From Actinomycetales bacterium (lineage in GTDB: Bacteria; Actinomycetota; Actinomycetes; Actinomycetales; Cellulomonadaceae): 64,000 nucleotides of DNA. The notes beneath the pieces are model-generated. The model did no database searches, was not told where the DNA came from, and saw only the letters and a program-made list of their open reading frames with translations. Shown here piece by piece: positions 9,941 to 17,965 of the stretch. Numbering within the stretch: the first letter of the stretch is position 1; each line of letters opens with the position of its first letter. The DNA is taken from the NCBI GenBank assembly GCA_038223605.1, contig JBBRGX010000001.1:26953-90952 (forward strand), written 5' to 3'. Position numbers and translations under genes: made by a program.

Positions 9941-10534
9941 ATGGTTGACGCAGGCTCGGAGCTACCGACCTTCGAGGCTGTCGAGCGGTGGACACCGGCC
10001 CAGCGAGCGCAGCTGGCGCGCATGCTCGACCGGCTGGTCTCGCGGCCGGCTGCCGGAGCGACGGCACCACGGCGGCGGCGCCTGGTCCTGCTGGTGACGA
10101 TGGGGGGTGCCACGGTGCTCTTCCCCTGGGTCGCGTATCTCTCCGCGACCTTGCCGGCGAGCGCGACGGTGGGCGCGTGGCGCACCGCGTGGGTCGGCTA
10201 CGACGTCATCCTTGCCGCGGCGCTGGCCGTCGCCGGCTGGCTTGTGTGGCACCGGCGCCACCTCTCCGTGGTGGCCCTGACGGTCGCCGCGACGCTCGTC
10301 CTGGTCGACGCCTGGTTCGACGTGACGCTCTCCTGGGGGACGTCGGAGACGTGGGGAGCCGTCGCCACGGCCGCCCTCGTCGAGATCCCGGTGGCTGTCG
10401 TCCTGGTCATCGGGGTCCTCACGATGCTCCGCCGCACGGCAGAGGTGACCAGGCAGCTGCGCGGCGAGGACGCCTCGCCGTCATCGCTGTGGACGCAGAC
10501 CCTGACCATGCAGCCACCCGCAGAGAGGGGCTGA
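9941..10534 (+). CDS. Hypothetical membrane protein (about 4 TM)
   Basis: GGAGG RBS; hydrophobic helices with WVGYD and DAWFD motifs; follows the CPBP gene on the same strand. Confidence 0.7.
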   Translation: MVDAGSELPTFEAVERWTPAQRAQLARMLDRLVSRPAAGATAPRRRRLVLLVTMGGATVLFPWVAYLSATLPASATVGAWRTAWVGYDVILAAALAVAGWLVWHRRHLSVVALTVAATLVLVDAWFDVTLSWGTSETWGAVATAALVEIPVAVVLVIGVLTMLRRTAEVTRQLRGEDASPSSLWTQTLTMQPPAERG

Positions 10535-10551
10535 CCAGCAACGCGGCGGCC

Positions 10552-11808
10552 CTAGTCGTGCTCGGCGAGCTCACGGAACTCGTCGGGGACCGCGACACCT
10601 CGCCGCAGCAGCACAGGGAGATAGCCCACCGCTTCTCCGCCGAACCGTTCGCGGATCGCGTCCATCGAGCCGTCCACCGCACGCCGAGCAGCTCCCGCGG
10701 CCGAGCCGGGACGCCAGGGATCGTCCGGCTCGAGGTCGAGCTCGAGCTGGATCGAGCGCTGATCGGTCAGGTGGGAGACCTGCACGGCGAGCAGGGTGAT
10801 CTCGGGCGGCGAGGACGAACCGCCGATGGCCGACCAGACGAGGTGCTCGGCCACCTCGGTCAGGGTGAGCGCTGTGGCGACGGGTGCAGCGAGCGTCCGG
10901 GATCGGGTCACCGAACGCATCCCGGCGAACCGCACGCGGACGGTGACCGTCCGGCCGGCGCGCCCCGTGGCACGCAGGCGTCGCGAGACGCGATCGGCGA
11001 GGTGGGCGAGCACGGCGCGCACCGCGGCCCGTTCCGGGACCCGTCGGCCGAGGGCGGACTGCGCTCCCACCGAGCCGGCCCGGCTCTGGCTGCGGATGCG
11101 GCGCGGGTCCTCGTCGTTGGCCATGGCGCTGAGCTTGCGACCCACACCGTGACCCAGGATCCGCTCGACGGCCGAGGACGGCGTCGCGGCGAGCTCGCCG
11201 ATCGTCCGGATGCCGAGATCGGCGAGGCGTTGCTCGTTGACCGGCCCGACACCCCAGATGAGCCCCACCGGGAGCGGGTCGAGGAACGCTCGCTCGGTGC
11301 CCGGCTGGACCACGACCAGCCCGTCGGGCTTGGCCACCTGCGAGGCGATCTTGGCCAGATGCTTGGTCCGCGCGGCGCCGACCGAGATCGGCAGGCCGAT
11401 CTCCTCCCTGACCCGGCGACGCAGGGCCGTGGCGATGACCTCGGGCGGACCGAAGAGGTGGGTCGCCCCGGAGACGTCGAGGAAGGCCTCGTCGATCGAG
11501 ATCCGCTCGACGGCCGGCGTCACATCGGCCAGGACGTCCATCACGGCGTCGGCGAGGCGCTGATACTCCCCGAAGTGACCTCGGACGAAGGTCAGGTGGG
11601 GGCAGAGCATCGCGGCTCGCCAGCCCGGCATCCCCCCGCCGACCCCGAAGGCCTTCGCCTCGTAGGACGCGGCCAGGACGACGCCACCGTGCGGTCCCCC
11701 GCCCACAGCGATCGGGATCCCTCGCAGGGAAGGGTCGAGGAGCTGCTCGACGGAGGCGTAGAACGCGTCGAGGTCGGCGTGCAGGATCGTGGCGCCGGCA
11801 CTGGGCAT
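10552..11808 (-). CDS. dinB: DNA polymerase IV (Y family)
   Basis: HADLDAFYASVE, ASYEAK and SIDEAFLD motifs; upstream SOS box. Confidence 0.95.
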   Translation of the reverse strand: MPSAGATILHADLDAFYASVEQLLDPSLRGIPIAVGGGPHGGVVLAASYEAKAFGVGGGMPGWRAAMLCPHLTFVRGHFGEYQRLADAVMDVLADVTPAVERISIDEAFLDVSGATHLFGPPEVIATALRRRVREEIGLPISVGAARTKHLAKIASQVAKPDGLVVVQPGTERAFLDPLPVGLIWGVGPVNEQRLADLGIRTIGELAATPSSAVERILGHGVGRKLSAMANDEDPRRIRSQSRAGSVGAQSALGRRVPERAAVRAVLAHLADRVSRRLRATGRAGRTVTVRVRFAGMRSVTRSRTLAAPVATALTLTEVAEHLVWSAIGGSSSPPEITLLAVQVSHLTDQRSIQLELDLEPDDPWRPGSAAGAARRAVDGSMDAIRERFGGEAVGYLPVLLRRGVAVPDEFRELAEHD

Positions 11809-11821
11809 GCCCGGATCCTAG

Positions 11822-11837
11822 TCGAACGTCTGTTCGA
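11822..11837. promoter_or_regulatory. LexA (SOS) box upstream of dinB
   Basis: TCGAAC-GTCT-GTTCGA matches the actinobacterial LexA consensus. It abuts a -10 TAGGAT (11820-11815) lying 6 nt before the dinB ATG. Confidence 0.9.
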
Positions 11838-11865
11838 CTGACCAGGGTCGAGGACGCCCTCGGGC

Positions 11866-13443
11866 TCAGGCCTCGTCCGCGCCGATCGCCAACGAGACCC
11901 GGTCCCTGCCGGCCCGCTTGGCCTGGGCCAGGGCGCGGTCGGCCGAGGCGAGCGCGCGGCGAGGGAAGCCCGCATGACCGATCCCGACCGAGACGGTGAT
12001 GCGCAGGCCAGGTGCGACCGACTCCCAGTCCTCCTCGGCGACGGCAGCGCGCAGCCGCTCGGCCAGAGCGTAGGCATCGGCCCCGGAGAGCGCGCTGAGC
12101 ACGACGAACTCGTCACCCCCGTAGCGGGCCACGACGTCAGTCCCCCGGCAGCGCGCGTCGATCACCTTCGCCACCCGGCGCAGCGCCTCGTCGCCCACCT
12201 CGTGCGAGAACTCGTCGTTGACCTCCTTGAATCGATCGAGATCGACGAAGAGAGCAGTCACCCGGCGGTCGTGCTGCGCCTCGAGCGACTCCATGAGCAT
12301 CCGCCGGTTGCCGAGACCGGTGAGCGGGTCCTCCAGGACGGCGACACCCATCCGATCGGCCTCCTCGACGAGGCGCCGCACCACGTGGCGGTCCTGGAGC
12401 GCCATGAATCGACCCTCGCGCTCCGACCACGCCCGGCGCAGCGCAGCCATCGCGAGGCCGTGCCAGAGCGCGACCGCCGGATGGTCACCCAGCGCGTCGG
12501 TCTCCAGGCCGGCGAGCTCATGGGAGGAGGCGATCGACCACGCCGTGCGGCGGGTGGCGTCCGCCTGCTCGAGGCACTCGTGCAGCATCGTGCGCGCGCG
12601 GTCGAGGTCGCCGTCCGCGCGGGCGCCCTGGGCGCGGAGCAGACGGAGCAGGAGGGACTCGATGACCTCGGGACGGTGGTCGAACGACGCAGCCGCTGCC
12701 TCGGCGCGGAGCCGGGAGAGCTCCAGCTCGCCGAGCCCTGCCATGGCCCATGCGCCCATGACCCGGGCGCGCCCGATCGCCACCGGGTTGCCCACCTGAC
12801 GAGCCAGCTCCTCGACCAGGAGCGCCCTCGAGGCGGTCCGGCCGAGCTGCTCGTCGGCGCCTGGACGGTCACCGATGACGCTCAGTGCCATCGCCCACGT
12901 GGCGGAGGTGAGCGCACGCTCGCTCGCGACGAGCATCCGGAGCGCGGGATCGGGGCCGATGTCCGTCTCGGCGAGCCGCTGGTCCGCCTGCTCGTAGAGG
13001 TCGACGGACCGCAGCGCGAGGGCGACGGCCATCCGGGCGGAGGCATGGCCGTAGGTCCCCTCGGGGACGAGTCCGGCCTTCCAGTCGGCCTCGGCGATGG
13101 CGGCGACCGCCTGCCCCGGCCTGCCGGAGCGGTAGTGGATCTCCGCGAGGATCGCGAGCCCCTTCGCCGGCCAGACGAGCTCGTCCTGCCCGACGCGGCT
13201 CAGCAGGTCCTCGATGCACACATGGGCATCCGCGACGCCGCCGAGCTCCAGATGAGCGATGGCCTCGATGTAGAGCAGGTAGCGGGTGGTGAGGTGGTCG
13301 CCTGCGGCCTCGGTCAGGCAGCGCCACATCCGGCAGACCTCGACCGCGCGCCCGGAGTTGCCGTCGACGTAGAAGTCGTGCGCGTGGTCCGAGAGCGCGT
13401 CGAAGGGGCCGAACTCACCGACGACCGCAAGCGCTGTCGACAC
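11866..13443 (-). CDS. Diguanylate cyclase with helical (TPR-like) N-terminal region
   Basis: DPLTGLGNRR, DLDRFKEVND, RGTD I-site and ARYGGDEF. Confidence 0.9.
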   Translation of the reverse strand: MSTALAVVGEFGPFDALSDHAHDFYVDGNSGRAVEVCRMWRCLTEAAGDHLTTRYLLYIEAIAHLELGGVADAHVCIEDLLSRVGQDELVWPAKGLAILAEIHYRSGRPGQAVAAIAEADWKAGLVPEGTYGHASARMAVALALRSVDLYEQADQRLAETDIGPDPALRMLVASERALTSATWAMALSVIGDRPGADEQLGRTASRALLVEELARQVGNPVAIGRARVMGAWAMAGLGELELSRLRAEAAAASFDHRPEVIESLLLRLLRAQGARADGDLDRARTMLHECLEQADATRRTAWSIASSHELAGLETDALGDHPAVALWHGLAMAALRRAWSEREGRFMALQDRHVVRRLVEEADRMGVAVLEDPLTGLGNRRMLMESLEAQHDRRVTALFVDLDRFKEVNDEFSHEVGDEALRRVAKVIDARCRGTDVVARYGGDEFVVLSALSGADAYALAERLRAAVAEEDWESVAPGLRITVSVGIGHAGFPRRALASADRALAQAKRAGRDRVSLAIGADEA

Positions 13444-13575
13444 CCGTCACCCCCGCCCGCATAGTTGATGCTGAGGATATCGGCGGTCTGCGGCGAATCT
13501 AGAGGCAATCCACGCAGCAAGATGCGACCAGTGCCACGAGATCCGTGTCGACGCCAAGGCCCGGTGGCGCACCGC

Positions 13576-14562
13576 TCACCCGCCGAGCAGGCTGCGCAGC
13601 CACAGCTGCTGGCGGGCCTGCTGATGCGCCTGACCGCCCTCGTGCCCGTTGAACGGGTAGACCTCGATGCTCGCGGGCCCGCCGTAGGCATGGTAGGCCG
13701 CGAAAACGGTCGATGGAGGGCAGATCGGGTCCATCAGTGCCACGGAGAACAGCGCCGGAGCGGTGGCCATGGCACCGAGGTGGACGCCGTCGACGTAGGA
13801 GAGCGTCCGGAAGACCTGGTCGACCTTCCCTCGGTGCACGGACAGGTAGCGCGCGATCTCGCCGTAAGGGTCCGAGTCGCTCATGTCGACGGCGCGCCGG
13901 AAGTGGCAGAGGAACGGGACGTCCGGCATCGCTGCTGCAAGTCCGTCGACCAGCCCCGCCACGGCCAGGGTGAGGCCCCCGCCCTGGCTCCCGCCCGTGA
14001 CGACGACCCGCGAGGCGTCGATCCCGGGGATCGCGCGCGCCGCATCGACGGCCCTGACCGCATCCGTGACGAGGCGCCGGTAGTAGTACGCGTCGAAGTC
14101 CAGCACCCCGCGGGTCATGAATCCCGGATGGCTCGGTGCACCCGCCTCGGCCTGGGTGCCGGCGTTGTCCGGGGTCTCGCCGCCGCTCCCCCAGGCGGAG
14201 CCCTGGCCGCGGGTGTCCATGAAGAGGTGCGCGTACCCGCAGGCCGCCCAGTACAGGTGCTCGTGGACGAGCCCGCGCCCGCCGCCGTAGCCGTTGTACT
14301 CCACGATCGCCGGGAGCCGCCCCTGAACCCCGGCGGGACGGGTGTACCAGGCCCGGACCGGATCCCCGCCGAAGCCGGCGAAGGTGACGTCGAAGGCCTC
14401 GACCGCTCGCAGGCCGGCATCGACCGGGACGACGCTCAGGGCGAGGTCGTGCGCGCGCGCGGACCCGAGCGTCCCGCTCCATCGTTCGACCAGGTCCTCC
14501 GGCGCCACCAGCTCTGGCCGGTAGCGCTCGAGCTCGGCGAGCGGGAGGTCCATGAGCGGCAT
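13576..14562 (-). CDS. Acetylxylan esterase / cephalosporin-C deacetylase (CE7)
   Basis: GYGGGRG, DTRGQG, GGSQGG nucleophile, DPICPPST and NGHEGG catalytic motifs. Confidence 0.9.
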   Translation of the reverse strand: MPLMDLPLAELERYRPELVAPEDLVERWSGTLGSARAHDLALSVVPVDAGLRAVEAFDVTFAGFGGDPVRAWYTRPAGVQGRLPAIVEYNGYGGGRGLVHEHLYWAACGYAHLFMDTRGQGSAWGSGGETPDNAGTQAEAGAPSHPGFMTRGVLDFDAYYYRRLVTDAVRAVDAARAIPGIDASRVVVTGGSQGGGLTLAVAGLVDGLAAAMPDVPFLCHFRRAVDMSDSDPYGEIARYLSVHRGKVDQVFRTLSYVDGVHLGAMATAPALFSVALMDPICPPSTVFAAYHAYGGPASIEVYPFNGHEGGQAHQQARQQLWLRSLLGG

Positions 14563-14716
14563 CAGGTGGTCCCTTCGGTCTGCCAGCAGTGGCCCCCTGC
14601 GGGAGCCAGCCCATCGTGCCAGGCGCGGAAGGCGATGTCCTCGTACGAGGGGCGCAGCCTCCGGGCCGCTCGCGAGGCCGTGAAGGCTGGTCGACGCCCG
14701 AGCGACCCCGGAGGGC

Positions 14717-15892
14717 TCAGTCGGCCAGCGGTGCGCGATCCTTGGCGAGCGCAAGGAAGAACAGCGCGACAGGCCGGTACATGGCGTGCGCGAACTTCGT
14801 GAACGGCAGCAGGAGCATCAGCTCCATCGCGACCGCGACGTGGAAGAGGAACACCCAGTAGCCCCAGGCGGGTGCACCGTTCTGGTACAGGGCGACCTCG
14901 ATGGCGAACCCCGTCACTCCGGTGATCCAGAGCAACGTGAGCAGCAACCAGTCGGAGGCCGTCGAGATCTTGGCTGCTGTGTTGATCTTGCGTACCCGGT
15001 TGATCATGAACATGGTCACGCCGTAGACCAGGCTGATCCCGGCGACGGTGCCGAGCAGTCGGGAGGGGTACCAGATCGGGATCGCGGTGCCGGTCTCCTT
15101 GATGCCGAGGAGCGCGAGGCCCCAGTCCATCAGGGTCGCGGCGAACAGTCCGAGGAAGCCCCAGATCGTCAGTGCGTGGATCAACCAGCGGCGCCGGTAG
15201 AGCGGCTCGGCCGGCGAGTCGTCCTTGCAGTCCTCGCGGAAGCGTCGCTGGCCGAGGGACTCGATGGCGAGGCTGCTCCATGCCGCCCGCGCCGTGCGGG
15301 CCAGGGCCGCGCGCCCGCCGACGACCGACTGCAGGCTCACGCCGTCGCGCCGCGCCACCCGCCGGGTCATCCGGACGACGCCGATCATCCCGGCCACGAC
15401 GAGGGCGATCATCACGCCGATCCCGGTCCAGTGGATGAGGGCGTCGGGGATGAACTCGAACAGGGCGAGCGTGCTGCCGTCCTGCGGGCCGTGGGCTGCG
15501 TACATGAACAGGGCGAAGAAGGCCGCGATCGCCGCAGCGACGACCGTGCCCACGACGGGACGCGTGTACAGGATGCGCGCGAGCCCGGTCGGGTCGTAGC
15601 TCGCCACCGCGTACCGGCGCGCCGCTGCCATGAACTCCCCCGGGTCCGCCTGCGTCGGGCAGCTGTCGGAGCAGAGCCCGCAGTGGTAACAGGCCCAGAG
15701 CTCCTTGGAGCCCAGCAGCTCGTCGGTCAGGCCGACCTGTGCGTACCGGATCACCCGGCGCGGGAAGGTCGCGTCGTTGTCCGACAGCGGGCACAGCGCC
15801 GTGCAGTTGCCGCAGCTGAAGCAGGCGTTCACGTCGGCCGCACCGAACTTCTGCAGGTCGGCGAGCAGGTCGATGTCGACGATGGTGGTCAC
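14717..15892 (-). CDS. QmoC-like protein: 2x[4Fe-4S] HdrC-like domain fused to a NarI/HdrE-like membrane domain
   Basis: CFSCGNCTALCP and CYHCGLCSDSCP, then about 6 TM helices with His in LIHAL, LFHVA and TKFAH. Confidence 0.82.
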   Translation of the reverse strand: MTTIVDIDLLADLQKFGAADVNACFSCGNCTALCPLSDNDATFPRRVIRYAQVGLTDELLGSKELWACYHCGLCSDSCPTQADPGEFMAAARRYAVASYDPTGLARILYTRPVVGTVVAAAIAAFFALFMYAAHGPQDGSTLALFEFIPDALIHWTGIGVMIALVVAGMIGVVRMTRRVARRDGVSLQSVVGGRAALARTARAAWSSLAIESLGQRRFREDCKDDSPAEPLYRRRWLIHALTIWGFLGLFAATLMDWGLALLGIKETGTAIPIWYPSRLLGTVAGISLVYGVTMFMINRVRKINTAAKISTASDWLLLTLLWITGVTGFAIEVALYQNGAPAWGYWVFLFHVAVAMELMLLLPFTKFAHAMYRPVALFFLALAKDRAPLAD

Positions 15893-15893
15893 G

Positions 15894-16163
15894 TCACGCC
15901 CCCTTGGTGGCGACGGCGTAGGGGAAGTAGCCCTCGTCGTCCTCGTCCGGCAGCTCGACCAGGTGGCCGTAGCGCCGCATGCCCATCACCCAGAACACGA
16001 CCTCGTCGGCCGGGTGGCCGATCGTCTCGGCGAGCTGGGGCACCGTCAGCGGACCGTCTGCGAGCGCTGCCTTGATCACGGGGTGCATCGACATCTCCTC
16101 GCGGATGATCTCGCGAGGATCGCGCAGTGCCGGCCGGGTCGTGGTCCCTCGGGTCATCGTCAT
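15894..16163 (-). CDS. Small winged-helix-like protein (89 aa) inside the hdr/qmo operon
   Basis: ATG overlaps the upstream hdrA stop (ATGA). GPLTVPQLAETIG...VFWVMGMRRYG resembles a wHTH. Ends 1 nt before the qmoC-like start. Confidence 0.7.
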   Translation of the reverse strand: MTMTRGTTTRPALRDPREIIREEMSMHPVIKAALADGPLTVPQLAETIGHPADEVVFWVMGMRRYGHLVELPDEDDEGYFPYAVATKGA

Positions 16164-17965
16164 GCCACCGGCTCCTTCGCGCGCAGGCCCTCGATCGCCG
16201 CCCGCATCTGGGCGTCGGTGTAGCCGAGCAGGTCGATCGCGTCCTCGGGGCAGGACGGGACGCATCCCCCGCAGCCCTTGCAGGTCGAGGCGCTGATCGT
16301 TGCCACCGTCCCGGTGTCGCAGACGTAGGTGCTGATCGCGTCGTAGGGGCACGTGCTCAGGCAGGCGTCGCAGCCCGTGCAGGCGGACTCCGTCACCGTG
16401 GCGACGAGCGGGTCGAGCTCCGCGAAACCCTTGAGCAGGATCCCCGCGCTCTGGGTGACGGCCGCCAGGCCGCCGCTGACCGCCTCGCCCGCGGTCTTCG
16501 GGCCCTGGCAGGCACCCGCGATCATGACGCCGTCCACCACTGTCTCCACCGGCCGCAGCTTGGGGTGGATCTCGTTGTAGAAGCCGTCGTCGCCGACGGG
16601 CAGCTTGAGAAGCGTCGACAGGTCGGCGTTCTCGGCCGGCACCATCCCGGTGACGAGCACGACGAGGTCGACCGGGACCGTGATCGGCTCGGCAGAGGTC
16701 AGTGCGTCCACCAGGGTGACGGCGAGCCGCTTGTCCGGGGTCTGCTCGATCGTCGGCGGCAGGTCGTCCGGGAACCTCATGTACAGCGACCCACGCTCCC
16801 GTGACTCGGAGTAGAGCAGCTCGTACTTCCCGTAGGCACGCACGTCCCGGTGCAGGTGGAACTGACGGATCGACGGGTCCAGGCCGGAGACCTTCAGGGA
16901 GGCGTGGATCGCCGCCGTGCAGCAGAACTTCGAGCAGTACTCGTTCCCGCCGGGCTGGCGGTTGCCGACGCAGTAGACGTAGGCGATCGAGCGCACCGGT
17001 CGGCCGGCGTGCATGAGCCGGCTGCCCGCTGCCTCGTCGACCAGGGCAGAGAACTCCGCGATCGTCAGCACGCCGTCGATGCCGTAGCCGAACTCCCCCG
17101 CCGCCGGCTCGTAGACGCCGGCGCCGGTGGCGATCACGAAGGTGCCCACCTGGTACTGGCGGAGCTCCTCGGTCGTCTCGGTGCGCAGTCGGACCTTGGC
17201 CGTGTAGTTGCCGAAGGAGCCGGTCTTCCCGACGAGCTGGGCGTTCGTGAGCACGGTGATCGACGGCCGCTGCTCGATCTGGGCGAGGAGGCCGGCGATC
17301 TGCTCCCGGCCGCTGCGGTCGTGCGGGAACATCGGCCCGAGCCGGCCGAGCCAGCCGCCCACCTGGGGGGCACGCTCGACGACCGTCACGGCGATGCCGA
17401 TGTCGGCCAGGCCGATCGCCGCCCGCAGGCCCGCGACCCCGCCGCCGACCACCATCGTGGCCGGCACGGTCTCGATCCGGAGCGGGACCAGGGGCGTCGA
17501 CAGGCGTGTCTTGGCGACCCCTGCCTTGACGAGGCCGATCGCCTTCGCCGTCGCACCCTCGCGGTCGTCGGTGTGCGCCCACGAGTCCTGCTCGCGGATG
17601 TTGACCTGCGTGTACGCGTAGGGGTTGAGGTCCGCCCGGGTGGCCACGCCCCGGAACGTGACCTGGTGCAGCTTCGGCGAGCAGCTCGCGACGACCAGAC
17701 CGTCGAGGTGCTTGCCCTCGATGTCGTCGATCATCTCGTGCTGCGTCCCGTCGGCACAGGCGAAGAGGGTGGTCTCCGCGACGATGACGTCCGGGTCGTC
17801 CCGCAGCGCGTCCCGCACCGAGGCGACGTCGACGTAGTCGGAGATGTTCCCGCCGCAGTGGCAGATGTAGACGCCGATCCGGCGACGTGCACCCTGCTGC
17901 GGCTCGCTCGTCTCGTGCGGCTCGCTGGTACCCGGGTCCTGCGGCACCGTGGTGTCCTCGCTCAT
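16160..17965 (-). CDS. Heterodisulfide reductase subunit A-like flavoprotein (QmoB-like, without fused MvhD)
   Basis: N-domain IGVYICHCGGNI...SCSP...NIREQ; FAD GGGVAG; YCVGNR...YCSKFCC; HPKLRPVET; C-terminal CTGCDACLSTCP and CKGCGGCVPSCP. Confidence 0.88.
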   Translation of the reverse strand: MSEDTTVPQDPGTSEPHETSEPQQGARRRIGVYICHCGGNISDYVDVASVRDALRDDPDVIVAETTLFACADGTQHEMIDDIEGKHLDGLVVASCSPKLHQVTFRGVATRADLNPYAYTQVNIREQDSWAHTDDREGATAKAIGLVKAGVAKTRLSTPLVPLRIETVPATMVVGGGVAGLRAAIGLADIGIAVTVVERAPQVGGWLGRLGPMFPHDRSGREQIAGLLAQIEQRPSITVLTNAQLVGKTGSFGNYTAKVRLRTETTEELRQYQVGTFVIATGAGVYEPAAGEFGYGIDGVLTIAEFSALVDEAAGSRLMHAGRPVRSIAYVYCVGNRQPGGNEYCSKFCCTAAIHASLKVSGLDPSIRQFHLHRDVRAYGKYELLYSESRERGSLYMRFPDDLPPTIEQTPDKRLAVTLVDALTSAEPITVPVDLVVLVTGMVPAENADLSTLLKLPVGDDGFYNEIHPKLRPVETVVDGVMIAGACQGPKTAGEAVSGGLAAVTQSAGILLKGFAELDPLVATVTESACTGCDACLSTCPYDAISTYVCDTGTVATISASTCKGCGGCVPSCPEDAIDLLGYTDAQMRAAIEGLRAKEPVA

